NCBI GenBank assembly: GCA_903919315.1
Contig: CAIXHP010000032.1
Location: forward strand, 44,977-108,976
DNA length: 64,000 bases
DNA from: an uncultured Pseudomonadota bacterium
GTDB lineage: Bacteria > Pseudomonadota > Alphaproteobacteria > UBA9219
Direction of reading: 5' to 3'
Part shown: in pieces, positions 20,024 to 30,118 of the stretch
Layout of the letters: every line of letters begins with the position of its first letter
Position numbering within the stretch: the stretch's first letter is position 1
Translations under genes and position numbers: made by a program
Notes under the pieces: model-generated
The model's database searches: none
Told to the model about the DNA's origin: nothing
Seen by the model: only the letters and a program-made list of their open reading frames with translations

Positions 20024-22420
20024 ATGACAAGCCCGAAAATTCTATTGACCCTCAGCATCACGATGCTTTGCCTTTTCTTCACGGCTTGCGACAGCCAGCA
20101 AGAGAGAGAAGCCAAATACATCGAGCGCGGCGACAAGTTCTTTGAGCAGGGCAGCTACGCCAAAGCCCGCGTCGAATACAAAAACGCGGCGCGCATCAAC
20201 CCCACAGACCCCAAAGTGCGTTACAGCCTCGGCCTCGTCGACGAGATCGAAGGCAATCTTCAAAACGCGATGACGAATTTCCTCACGGCGGAAAGACAAG
20301 ACGGCCATTTCGAACCCGCCGTTTTCAAGCTGGCGCAATATTTTCTGGCGGCAGGGCAGATGGAGGAATCGCGCAAACGCCTCAACCTGTTGCTCATCGA
20401 CAACCCCAACAACGCCCAAGCCCACGCGCTGCTCGGCTCGGCCTTCCTGCACGACAAAGACTTCGCCATGGCGGAAAAAGAAGTGCGCCGCGCCTTCGAC
20501 ATCGACCCCGACAACATCATCGGCTTCTCGGTTCTGACGGGACTCTACGCCAACCAGAACGAGCCAGAAAAGGCTCTGGCGACCATCGAAGACGGCATCC
20601 GACGCAACCCAAAGGAACTCGCCCTCCTCCTGCTCAAAGCGACGCTCCACGCGGAAAAGAACGACTGGGCGCAAATCAAGGCGACCTATCAGAAAATTTT
20701 CGTGCTGCGCCCCAACGATGTCAGCTATCGCCTCGATCTGGCCGAGATTTTCACAAAGGCCGAACAGGATGCCGAAGCGGAAATCATCCTGCGCGAAGCC
20801 GTAGCGGCCTTTCCCGACCGACTGGATGTCAAAGGCAAACTGATCGCGTTCCTAAGCCAACACCGCGATCTGGCAACGGCGGAGGCGGAAATTCGCGCCT
20901 ACATCAAGACCGACGCGACGCAGAGCGAACTCTACCTCTGGCTGGCCGACCTTTATGTGCAACACGACGCCATGGATCGCGCTGTGGCGTTGCTGGAAGA
21001 CCTCGCCGGAAAAGACAAATTGGACGATATGGGGCTGAACGCCCGCACATCGCTGGCGCGGCTCCGCCTCATGCAAGGCGACCGCCGCGCTACGCAAAAA
21101 CTGGTGGACTTCGTCCTCGCCAAAGCGCCCGACAACAACGAAGCGCTCTTTGTCCGCGCCCGCCTCGCCTATGACGACGGCGATTATCAAAAAGCTGTGT
21201 CAGATCTTCGCACCATTCTCAGGAACAGCCCCCGCGCGGCCAAACCGCTCTTGGTTCTGGCGGAAACCTTTGTGGCGCAAGGCCGCGTCGAGTTGGCCAT
21301 CGACACGCTCAATCAACTGCAGGACATCGACCCGCAGGATCTCAAGGCGCGCACGCGTCTGGCGCAACTGTACGCCGTTCAGGGCGACAACCGCCGTGCG
21401 CAGGAACTGCTCAACCTCGTCACCCAAATGGACGCGACCTATCCCGTCGCTTGGGAAAGCTTGGCGCGCACCGCCATCAGCGGCAAGGACTGGGATGCCG
21501 CCCGTCAAGCCATCGAAAAACTCAAAACCATCGAAGGCCAAACCCTGACCGCCGCATTCCTGCAAGGACAAGTGCAGACCGAAACCGGCCACAAGGCCGA
21601 GGCCGTCGCCCTTTACAAACATGTGATCGAAGCCGACCCCTCCGCTCCCTTGGCCGAGCACGCCTTGGCCGCGTTGATCGCGCAGGCGAAGGCGGACAGC
21701 CAGCTAGAGGACATCGCGGCGTACATCCCCACGCTGAAGACGGACAGCGTTTTCTTCATCTCGGCCTACGGTGAAGTCCTGCTGGAACTGGGGAAAACGG
21801 ACGAAGCCGAAGCGGCGCTCGACAAGGCAATCCGGAACAACACGCCGCTTCAAGCGCCCTACCTCAACCTCGCGCGGCTCCAATTGAACAAAAAGCAAGT
21901 CGACACGGCGCTCGCGACACTTCGGCAAGCCGCGCAAGCCATCCCCTCCGATCCTCGCGCCGCCCTGATGGAGGCGGACATTTTGATCACCGAAAAACGG
22001 CATGGCGAAGCCATCGCCGCCTACGATGCCCTGCTGACGCGCAACCCGGATCTCGACGTGGCCGCCAACAACATGGCGCAACTCGTCGCCGATCACCAAA
22101 GCAACGACGCGGCAGCCTTGGACAAAGCGCGCGTCCTCGCCGAGCGTTTCGCCAAAGCCCAAAATCCTTATTTCCTCGACACGCTGGGATGGATCTATGT
22201 ACGTCAGGGCCAATTGGCCCAAGCCCTGCCCATTTACGAACGCGTCTTTACTCTGATGAACAACGCCGCCATTCCGCAGATGGAATACCACTACGGCAGC
22301 CTGCTGTTCAAAATGGGCCAACCCGAGGGCGCGAAAGCCCACCTCGTCAAAGCCGTCGGCGACGTCGCCCCCTACGTCGGAATCGACGAAGCGCGCGCCC
22401 TGTTGGAACAGACGAAATAA
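20024..22420 (+). CDS. Large TPR-repeat lipoprotein (PrsT/PEP-CTERM-system-like)
   Basis: Lipobox FFTAC; tandem TPRs (ARVEYKNA, ANNMA, DTLGWIY). Confidence 0.8.
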   Translation: MTSPKILLTLSITMLCLFFTACDSQQEREAKYIERGDKFFEQGSYAKARVEYKNAARINPTDPKVRYSLGLVDEIEGNLQNAMTNFLTAERQDGHFEPAVFKLAQYFLAAGQMEESRKRLNLLLIDNPNNAQAHALLGSAFLHDKDFAMAEKEVRRAFDIDPDNIIGFSVLTGLYANQNEPEKALATIEDGIRRNPKELALLLLKATLHAEKNDWAQIKATYQKIFVLRPNDVSYRLDLAEIFTKAEQDAEAEIILREAVAAFPDRLDVKGKLIAFLSQHRDLATAEAEIRAYIKTDATQSELYLWLADLYVQHDAMDRAVALLEDLAGKDKLDDMGLNARTSLARLRLMQGDRRATQKLVDFVLAKAPDNNEALFVRARLAYDDGDYQKAVSDLRTILRNSPRAAKPLLVLAETFVAQGRVELAIDTLNQLQDIDPQDLKARTRLAQLYAVQGDNRRAQELLNLVTQMDATYPVAWESLARTAISGKDWDAARQAIEKLKTIEGQTLTAAFLQGQVQTETGHKAEAVALYKHVIEADPSAPLAEHALAALIAQAKADSQLEDIAAYIPTLKTDSVFFISAYGEVLLELGKTDEAEAALDKAIRNNTPLQAPYLNLARLQLNKKQVDTALATLRQAAQAIPSDPRAALMEADILITEKRHGEAIAAYDALLTRNPDLDVAANNMAQLVADHQSNDAAALDKARVLAERFAKAQNPYFLDTLGWIYVRQGQLAQALPIYERVFTLMNNAAIPQMEYHYGSLLFKMGQPEGAKAHLVKAVGDVAPYVGIDEARALLEQTK

Positions 22421-22439
22421 GCGGGGAAAACCTTCGGGC

Positions 22440-22949
22440 TTAACGGCGGCGAAGCGCGGTCAGAATGCCCTCGAGCAACTGAAGCGGTGTCGGCGGGCAG
22501 CCGGGAACGACCGCGTCCACAGGAATGACGTTGGAGACAGCCCCGCAACTGGCATACGACACGCCGAACTCGCCCCCGCAAGCGGCGCAGTCGCCCATGG
22601 CGATAACCAGCTTGGGCGACGGAGTCGCGTCATAGGTGCGCTTGAGCGCGGCCTGCATGTGCCGCGACACCGGCCCGGTCACAAGCAACATATCCGCATG
22701 ACGCGGCGACGCGACGAAGTGAATACCGAAGCGCTCGATGTCGTAAAAGCCGTTGTTCACCGCGTGCATTTCCAGTTCGCACCCGTTGCATGATCCGGCA
22801 TCGACCATGCGGACGGCCATGCTCTTGCCGAACACCCGCGCGATTTCCTTCTGGCAAGCCGTCCCGGCCTTGCTCACCGCCTCGTCACGGACGGGCAGTT
22901 TTTCCGTCAAACATCCGGTCTTGAGGCTTTTGCGAAGAACGTCAAACAT
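22440..22949 (-). CDS. hyfI: HyfI/NuoB-like FeS small subunit (Ehr small subunit)
   Basis: GSCNGCELE, SPRHAD, GDCA, VPGCPP. Confidence 0.9.
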   Translation of the reverse strand: MFDVLRKSLKTGCLTEKLPVRDEAVSKAGTACQKEIARVFGKSMAVRMVDAGSCNGCELEMHAVNNGFYDIERFGIHFVASPRHADMLLVTGPVSRHMQAALKRTYDATPSPKLVIAMGDCAACGGEFGVSYASCGAVSNVIPVDAVVPGCPPTPLQLLEGILTALRRR

Positions 22950-22984
22950 GGCAGCTACCCAAAAAGTCAAAAGTTGAAGTCGAA

Positions 22985-24607
22985 TTACAGATCATGTCCT
23001 GAGTACGACCCGTTGACCGATTTGTTGCAAAGCGGGAAATCGGGAACAATAACGCCGCCGATCAACGCTTCGAGCGCAGGCCACGTCAGCCAGCTGGGAT
23101 CGCGCGGGAAATACCGGGAAACCTTCCCGTGGGCATCCAGCGCGACATAGCTGACGATCTCGCCGCGCCATCCTTCGACAAGCCCGATGCCGCTGCACGC
23201 GGCCTTAACGGGGTGGAAATCCGTCTTGATCGCTCCGGTCGGCAACTGCAACAGGAAACTATCCAGCAGATCGAGCGAAACATAAATCTCCTCGCCGCGC
23301 ACATGCACACGCCCCGCCACGTCGCCTTCGACGCTGTGAGGAACCTTGACCGTGACCTTGTCATAAGGCGCGTAAGGCGCGTCGCGGCGCAGATCCCAGC
23401 ACTCGCCGCTGGCGCGCGCGACATACCCGACTGCGCCGATACGCCGCGCAGTCTCAAGCGACAGAATGCCGGTCGTGCGCAAACGATCTTGCAGCGACGG
23501 GTATTCGAACAACAAGGGCAACAGCTCGTCCAGCTCGCGGCGCAACTGCGCAATGCCGTCGCGCAGCAAGGTGACATGCTCCGGCGAAATGTCGCGCGTC
23601 ACGCCGCCCGGTGTCACGACATCCATCATAAAGCGATGGCCAAAGACGGTCGCGTTCTGGCGCTGCCACAGCTCACGCAAGCGGCCGAACTGCACGAGCG
23701 CGAACGGAAAGCCCACATCGTTGCAGCACGCGCCAATGTCGCCGAGATGATTGGCGATACGTTCTCTTTCCGCGAGAATGGCGCGAATCGCCAAGCCCCG
23801 CTTGGGCACAGTCACGTCGGCCGCGTTCTCGCAAGCCTGACAGGCAGCCCAAGAATGCGCCACCGTGCTGTCGCCCGAAACGCGCGCGGCAAGCCGCGCG
23901 AGGCCGTGAACATCGCGTCCCTCAGCCAGCTTCTCGATGCCTTTGTGGACATAGCCCAAATGCTGTTCGAGGCTGAGAATGTCCTCGCCCATGGCGTTGA
24001 AACGGAAATGGCCCGGCTCGATGATGCCCGCATGGACCGGGCCGACGGGAATCTCGTAAACGCCCTCGCCTTCGGCCGGAACGAACACATATTCGCAGTC
24101 CGGCGGCGTCTCGTCCAACGGCTTGCCCGCCACGGGAAAACTCTTCAGCAACGGATGCTGATCGGCTTTCCACGCCTGATGGCGCATCCAGCGACGCTCG
24201 TCGAGAAAAACGTCCGGCTGATCCGTAAAACGGCGAACCCCGAACATATCATGCAGATAACGCTCAGGACGATTGGCCGCCGGATAATACGGTGTCTGCG
24301 ACGGAAGCTCGCCGCCCACATCCGGAACGGTCGTACGAAGCAGCAAATGCCCGTTCACGCCCGCCAAAGCGGCGGTGACATAAATCTCCGGCGGACGATG
24401 CTCGCCCCACACGGCGCTCCAGCGCACATGGTGGCGGGATGCCACGGCGGCGGCCTTGCCCCAGAGTTTCGACTCGATCGCCACGGTGCGCGCGCGCCCC
24501 TTGATCTCGGTCACATCGGTCGTGGGCACGCCGCTCCGGTTGAGCAGATCGACGAGAGCATCGACGGTCGGGGCTTCGAGTTGTCCTTGGTTCACAATCT
24601 TGTTCAT
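22985..24607 (-). CDS. hyfG: HyfG/NuoCD-like large subunit lacking NiFe cysteines (Ehr large subunit)
   Basis: GPVHAGIIEPGHF; RVSGDSTVAH instead of RxCGxC; ends DFPLCNKSVNGSYSGHDL instead of DPCxxC. Confidence 0.9.
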   Translation of the reverse strand: MNKIVNQGQLEAPTVDALVDLLNRSGVPTTDVTEIKGRARTVAIESKLWGKAAAVASRHHVRWSAVWGEHRPPEIYVTAALAGVNGHLLLRTTVPDVGGELPSQTPYYPAANRPERYLHDMFGVRRFTDQPDVFLDERRWMRHQAWKADQHPLLKSFPVAGKPLDETPPDCEYVFVPAEGEGVYEIPVGPVHAGIIEPGHFRFNAMGEDILSLEQHLGYVHKGIEKLAEGRDVHGLARLAARVSGDSTVAHSWAACQACENAADVTVPKRGLAIRAILAERERIANHLGDIGACCNDVGFPFALVQFGRLRELWQRQNATVFGHRFMMDVVTPGGVTRDISPEHVTLLRDGIAQLRRELDELLPLLFEYPSLQDRLRTTGILSLETARRIGAVGYVARASGECWDLRRDAPYAPYDKVTVKVPHSVEGDVAGRVHVRGEEIYVSLDLLDSFLLQLPTGAIKTDFHPVKAACSGIGLVEGWRGEIVSYVALDAHGKVSRYFPRDPSWLTWPALEALIGGVIVPDFPLCNKSVNGSYSGHDL

Positions 24608-26070
24608 AGCACGCCCTGCCCGACGATCATGATCGTCGCCTGATTAAGCCACTGCGCCAAAAACGTCGGGATAGAAATACCCAGCAGCAGCACCAAAGCC
24701 AGATGGATCACCACCGGCCACATGTTCGCGTCCACTTTATGCTGTCCCTCCGGCGGCTCGCCGAAAACCATCGGCTGAACATTCCGGAACAACCCCGCAA
24801 AAGCGACGGCCAGCCCCATGAGCAGCGGCAGCACAAACCACGGATAGGCCTTGATCGTCGCCGTAAAGAGCAGGAACTCGCTGGTAAAGACACCGAACGG
24901 CGGAAAGCCCGCGATAGCGCACGTCCCGATCAAAAGCCCCCATCCGACAGGCGGATTGGAACGGATCAGACCGCGAATTTTCCCGATCACCTGTGTGCCC
25001 GCAACGTGCGAAGCATGGCCAACGGTAACGAAGATCGCCGATTTTGTGAGCGAATGAACGATCATATGCAGCAACCCGCCAAACGTGGCCAGCGGCCCGC
25101 CCATCCCAAAGGCGAAGGTCATCAAGCCCATGTGTTCAATGGAGGAATAGCTGAACATGCGCTTAACGTCATATTGACGATGCAACAGGATTCCCGCGAC
25201 CACGAACGACAGCAAAGCGAACCCCATCATCAGGCTTCCGGCCAAATGATTGCCGAGGGCCGGATCGACCAGCATCTTCAACCGAACGAGCGCATAGAGC
25301 GCGACATTGAGAAGCAAGCCGGACAAAATGGCCGACATCGGCGTCGGGCCTTCGGAATGCGCGTCCGGCAGCCAGTTGTGCAACGGCACCAAACCGACCT
25401 TTGTGCCATACCCCACGAGGAGAAAGACAAAGGCCAAGGCGAGCACACCCGCGTCCATGTGCGCGGCGTTCGCCTGAAGCACCGTCCACAGCAACCCATC
25501 GCCATGGCCGGGCACCGTCTTGGCGGCGGCGAAATACACAAGGATGGTGCCGAACAAAGCCTGCGAAATGCCGACGCCGCAGATGATGAAATATTTCCAA
25601 CCCGCTTCAATCGACTCATGCGTGCGATACAAGCTGACCAGCAAAACCGTCGCCAACGTGGCGGCCTCGATGGCGACCCACAGAATGCCCAGATTGTTCG
25701 TCGACAAAGCGATCAGCATCGTGAGCAGAAAGCATTGGAACATCGAATGATAAAGGCGCATCCGCTTGTTGCCGACGCGGCCCAGCTCCCGCTCGTGCGC
25801 CATGTACGGCCCGGAGAAAATCGATGTCGTCATGCCGACGAAGGCATTGAGCAGAATGAGATAGACGTTAAAGGCATCGACGTAGAACAGCTTGTTGTCG
25901 GACAGAATGGGGCCATGTTCGAAAACGCCAACCGCCAAAAACAGGGCCGCCCCAAAAGTCACCACATTGATGCCCAGATTGATGCGGGAAGCCGACCGCC
26001 AATGCCCGATCACCGACATAAGGAGAACGCCGAAGGCCGAGGAAAGAAGGGCGCAAGCAAGAGCAGTCAT
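24604..26070 (-). CDS. hyfF: HyfF-like antiporter-type membrane subunit
   Basis: WVAIEAATL, EAGWKY, GYGTKVGLVPLHNWLPDAHSEGP. Confidence 0.9.
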   Translation of the reverse strand: MTALACALLSSAFGVLLMSVIGHWRSASRINLGINVVTFGAALFLAVGVFEHGPILSDNKLFYVDAFNVYLILLNAFVGMTTSIFSGPYMAHERELGRVGNKRMRLYHSMFQCFLLTMLIALSTNNLGILWVAIEAATLATVLLVSLYRTHESIEAGWKYFIICGVGISQALFGTILVYFAAAKTVPGHGDGLLWTVLQANAAHMDAGVLALAFVFLLVGYGTKVGLVPLHNWLPDAHSEGPTPMSAILSGLLLNVALYALVRLKMLVDPALGNHLAGSLMMGFALLSFVVAGILLHRQYDVKRMFSYSSIEHMGLMTFAFGMGGPLATFGGLLHMIVHSLTKSAIFVTVGHASHVAGTQVIGKIRGLIRSNPPVGWGLLIGTCAIAGFPPFGVFTSEFLLFTATIKAYPWFVLPLLMGLAVAFAGLFRNVQPMVFGEPPEGQHKVDANMWPVVIHLALVLLLGISIPTFLAQWLNQATIMIVGQGVL

Positions 26071-26744
26071 TTCTCAACCTCTGTCAAACGATTCATGCGG
26101 TCCGTGTCCAGGCTGCCGATTTCCGTGCGGATTTGGAAGAAGAAGACGCCAAACAGGAACACCGCCACCAGCACGTCAAACGCGATTCCCAACTCGACGA
26201 CCATCGGCATGCCGAACGTGGAAACGACCGCCGCAAAGAACAGGCCGTTCTCCATCGACATAAAGCCGACGACCTGCGCGACCGCCTTGCGGCGCGAAAT
26301 GATGATCAGCATGCCGATCAGAACGACGGCCAGAGAAATCGCGATCGTGTTGCGCGTGGTCAACAGCGACAATTCGCGGATCGGCAGCGCGACGTAATAG
26401 CTGAAAAGCACAAGCCCGCCTGCGAAAAGCATGATCAAAGATGGCTTGCCGATGACCTCAATCTCGCGCCGGATGTCCAGCCGGACCACGAGACGCCGTA
26501 GCTGCCCCGGGATGAAGATGACTTTGAGCGCGAGCGTCAAAAAAGCCGAAATCAAAAGATCATACTTGCCGGAGATAAAGGCGATGATCACCGTGGCGAA
26601 AAACAGCAACACGCCCTGCAACGCAAAGGTGTTGATCAAGCTGTCGATGCGCGTCTGCGCCAACATGAGGAACGAGGACAGCAGGATCAGCGCGGACAGC
26701 GTCAACGCCACCTGCTCCGGCAGGGACAAAGCGGTTATAAGCAT
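26067..26744 (-). CDS. hyfE: HyfE-like membrane subunit
   Basis: Multi-TM; MENG, ELGIAFDVL. Confidence 0.88.
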   Translation of the reverse strand: MLITALSLPEQVALTLSALILLSSFLMLAQTRIDSLINTFALQGVLLFFATVIIAFISGKYDLLISAFLTLALKVIFIPGQLRRLVVRLDIRREIEVIGKPSLIMLFAGGLVLFSYYVALPIRELSLLTTRNTIAISLAVVLIGMLIIISRRKAVAQVVGFMSMENGLFFAAVVSTFGMPMVVELGIAFDVLVAVFLFGVFFFQIRTEIGSLDTDRMNRLTEVEK

Positions 26745-26745
26745 G

Positions 26746-27690
26746 TCATTGCACCTCTAGGATAATATGGCTCATCATGCCAAGCAGGGCCAAGATGAAG
26801 GCCACGCCGAGATATTGCGGAGCGCGAAACAGCCGCATCTTCGCCTGCACCGTCTCGGCAATGGCCAGCAAAAGGCCAAGAACCATCACCTTGCCCAGCA
26901 CCGTCAGCGCCGCGAACGCCATATCATGCGGATCAAGCGTCAGGGACACGCCCCACGGAACGATCAGATTGACGATCAGGATCGAATAAAGGGTGAGCTT
27001 GAGCATCGAGGCCCATTCGATCAACAGCAGATGCCGTCCGCTGTATTCCAGAATCATGGCTTCGTGAATCATCGTTAGTTCAAGATGCGTCGCGGGATTG
27101 TCGATCGGAATCCGGCCCGTCTCCGCCACGGCGACGAGAATAAGCGCCATGAAGGAAAAGATCAGCGACGGAGCCAGCGTGAAATGCGCCGCCGATAAAA
27201 ACGCCACGGCCGACGACAGATTGGTGCTGGACACATACATCGACAACGTGAAGAACGTCATCAGCATCGCAGGCTCGGCGAGCGACGAAATCGTGACTTC
27301 GCGCGAGGACCCCATGCCGCCGAAAGCCGTTCCGACATCCATGCCCGCCAAAGCCAGAAAGAAACGAGCGAGCGCGAAAAACCCGACGAGCACGATAACG
27401 TCGGCCAGAGACGATGTCGGCAGTTGCGTCGAAATCGTCGGCAAAACAGAAGCCGCAAGAACGGTCACGCCGAACACCACATAGGGCGCCGCGCGAAAGA
27501 TCGGCGAAGCCGTGTTGGCCAAAACCACCTGCTTGCGCGAAAGCCGCAGCAGATCGCGATAGGGTTGCCACGGAGCCGGCCCCTGCCGGTTCTGAAGCTT
27601 GCACTTCACCCACTTGACCCAGCCGACCAGAAACGGCGCGAACAGGACGACGAAGAGCGTTTGAACAAGCGCTAAAATCCAGCCCGTCAT
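26746..27690 (-). CDS. hyfC: HyfC/NuoH-like membrane subunit
   Basis: QNRQGP..QPYRDL, GSSRE, ETGRIPID, EYSG; start overlaps the hyfB stop. Confidence 0.9.
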   Translation of the reverse strand: MTGWILALVQTLFVVLFAPFLVGWVKWVKCKLQNRQGPAPWQPYRDLLRLSRKQVVLANTASPIFRAAPYVVFGVTVLAASVLPTISTQLPTSSLADVIVLVGFFALARFFLALAGMDVGTAFGGMGSSREVTISSLAEPAMLMTFFTLSMYVSSTNLSSAVAFLSAAHFTLAPSLIFSFMALILVAVAETGRIPIDNPATHLELTMIHEAMILEYSGRHLLLIEWASMLKLTLYSILIVNLIVPWGVSLTLDPHDMAFAALTVLGKVMVLGLLLAIAETVQAKMRLFRAPQYLGVAFILALLGMMSHIILEVQ

Positions 27691-29708
27691 ACGACCACCC
27701 ACAGCAAAAAGAGCAAGGTAAAGAAGGAATAGCAGAGATAGACCCGAAGGTTGCCGCCCTGAATGCGCGCCGTCCGCTCGGCCGTCTTGTGAATGATCGT
27801 CGCGACAGGCAAATAACACTTGAGCCAGATCCAGTCATTCACCTGCAAGGAGTAATGCGGCCCCCTGTCCGGCTGCGCGGGCTTGACCCGTTCCGAGACA
27901 TGCCAGGCGAACGAAAAGACGCGGCGGATCGGCATGGCAAAGGACGACGTCGTGTACTGCATGCGCGGCGACAAAGGCCCGAACCCGCAATCCCACGGAA
28001 TCGAAATGCGCGTACGGTTGCTGCGCCGCAAAGGATGGAGCAACAGATACGCCACCGTCCAGCTCAGCAGCAAACCGATGAGAACGGCGGGCGCACCGTA
28101 CGAAGCGGTCTTCTCGCTGATCGGAGCCAGCCACAGCCATGTGCTGCTTTCGATTCCCGCCATACCCTCGCCCAAAAACTTCTGGGGAATGACGTTGAGA
28201 GCCGTCGCCGTCCACGTCGACATCAGACCGAAACCGAGGCAAAGAACAGCCAGAACGACTTGGGAAACCTGCATGCCAAAGGGAACCTCGCGGGCTTCCT
28301 CGATTTGCTTGCTGCGCGGCAGCCCCAAAAAGACAACGCCGTAGACTTTGACAAAACAGGCAATCGCGAGCGCGCCGGTCAGGGCCAGCATCGCCGCCGT
28401 GATCGGAATCACCGCGCCCAGAATGCCGCCGTGCAAAGCCGTAGCCTGCAACGCGGCCTGAAAAGTCAGCCACTCCGACACAAAACCGTTGAAGGGCGGG
28501 AGAGCGCAAATACTGACGCAGCCGACCAAAAAGCAAGCGGCGGTCACCGGCATCTTTTTGATAAGCCCGCCCATTTGATCCATGTCGTGCTGACGACTCT
28601 GTTCCAGAACCGCGCCCGCGCCAAAGAAGAGCAGACTCTTGAACAGCGCGTGGTTCAAGCAGTGATAAAGCGCCGCGACAAGCGCCACGGCGGCAATCGC
28701 CGGATGCCCCGTCGCCGCAAAGATCATCGAAAGGCCAAGACCAATGTAGATGATCCCCAGATTTTCAACGCTGTGATAGGCCAACAGACGCTTCAGATCA
28801 TGCTGCATCAGGGCGTACAACACGCCCATGAGCGCCGAAAACGCCCCCACCAGCAGAACCAGAACGCCCCACTGCCACTGAATCCCGCCCAAAAGGTCGT
28901 ACACAAAGCGAATAAAGCCATAAACGGCGACCTTCAGCATCACGCCCGACATCATGGCCGAAATATGCGAAGGCGCGACCGGATGCGCCTGCGGCAGCCA
29001 GACGTGCAACGGCACGACACCGGCCTTCAAGCCGAAACCGACAAAGGCCAACAGGAAAGCAATGGTCGCCCACGTCGAATTCAGCTTGGCATCCGCCATA
29101 GCCGCGAAACTGAAGCCATCGCCAAATCCGGCCAACACGCCATAGCCGAGCAAAATAAAGGCGCCGCCGACAACGGCCATCAACAGGTAAACGAAGGCAG
29201 CGCTTCGGTTCTCGGCGCGGTCATGCTGGTAGGCGACGAGGAAATAACTCGCGACCGACATGAGTTCCCAAGCGATCATAAACGAGAAGGCATCGGCGGA
29301 CAGCAGCACAAGGTACATGCCGCTCACGAACAACCCCGTAAAGAACGTCAACGTCGCCACGGGATGCAACCCGTCCTCGACATGGCGGCGAATATAGGTC
29401 GGGCCATAGAACGAAGCCGCGATCGTGATCAACCCGACAACCGCGAGGAAAAAGCCGGACAATGCGTCAAGATGCAGAATGACGTGCAGCCAGGGAAGCC
29501 CAATGGGCAAAACGACCTCGTCGATCTGATTCGACAAGAGCGCCGTCACGCCCGACCAAACAGCGGCCACGCCTGACGCGCCCAGCAGCAAAAAGGAGAG
29601 CCGAACCATAAGGCGCGGTTGCTTTGCGAGAACCAAAGCCACAAGCGAAGACAGGAGGGTCGCAAGAACCGCCAGCTGAGCTACCGTTAAAGACATGCTA
29701 GAATCCAT
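27687..29708 (-). CDS. hyfB: HyfB-like antiporter-type membrane subunit
   Basis: WELMS, PLHVWLPQAHPVAPS, KRLLAYHSVEN, LPPFNGFVSEW. Confidence 0.92.
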   Translation of the reverse strand: MDSSMSLTVAQLAVLATLLSSLVALVLAKQPRLMVRLSFLLLGASGVAAVWSGVTALLSNQIDEVVLPIGLPWLHVILHLDALSGFFLAVVGLITIAASFYGPTYIRRHVEDGLHPVATLTFFTGLFVSGMYLVLLSADAFSFMIAWELMSVASYFLVAYQHDRAENRSAAFVYLLMAVVGGAFILLGYGVLAGFGDGFSFAAMADAKLNSTWATIAFLLAFVGFGLKAGVVPLHVWLPQAHPVAPSHISAMMSGVMLKVAVYGFIRFVYDLLGGIQWQWGVLVLLVGAFSALMGVLYALMQHDLKRLLAYHSVENLGIIYIGLGLSMIFAATGHPAIAAVALVAALYHCLNHALFKSLLFFGAGAVLEQSRQHDMDQMGGLIKKMPVTAACFLVGCVSICALPPFNGFVSEWLTFQAALQATALHGGILGAVIPITAAMLALTGALAIACFVKVYGVVFLGLPRSKQIEEAREVPFGMQVSQVVLAVLCLGFGLMSTWTATALNVIPQKFLGEGMAGIESSTWLWLAPISEKTASYGAPAVLIGLLLSWTVAYLLLHPLRRSNRTRISIPWDCGFGPLSPRMQYTTSSFAMPIRRVFSFAWHVSERVKPAQPDRGPHYSLQVNDWIWLKCYLPVATIIHKTAERTARIQGGNLRVYLCYSFFTLLFLLWVVV

Positions 29709-29813
29709 GATATTTGATGAACAAGCTGAGTTTTGGGCGCACCTGACCGAACACAACAAAAGAGGCCTTCAGCAAAGGCCCCCGTCAACGTTTAACAACC
29801 TCGCGTGGCGCAG

Positions 29814-29842
29814 GGTATAGCCCCAACGGAATTGACCGTCAA
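29814..29842 (-). promoter_or_regulatory. Putative sigma70 promoter of the hyf/ehr operon
   Basis: TTGACG-N17-TATACC; the -35 lies in palindrome ATTGAC-C-GTCAAT (29831-29843). Confidence 0.5.
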
Positions 29843-30118
29843 TGCCCCCAATGTGGTATTTTTATAGCGCGATTCTTGGCAATGCCGTGTCCACGCCGTT
29901 CTGAAATCAGGACAAAAGCCAACCCAATTGCTGCGCCGCACCAACGTCGTCAGCAGCAAAAACCCCATCCGCCCTATTTCCCCACGCCCTTTCCGCAAGA
30001 TCAAACAACCACAACCATTGCTATGCCATTGAATAAGATGATATTTAAGCCATAGCAGACCGGCCACCAGCGGGGATTTTCATTGCGTCTTCTGCAAAAA
30101 ATGCCTTAGGATGCCGCT

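Noticed and set aside
22985-24607. Functional NiFe hydrogenase or formate hydrogenlyase
   Set aside because: Both CxxC metal-binding motifs are absent
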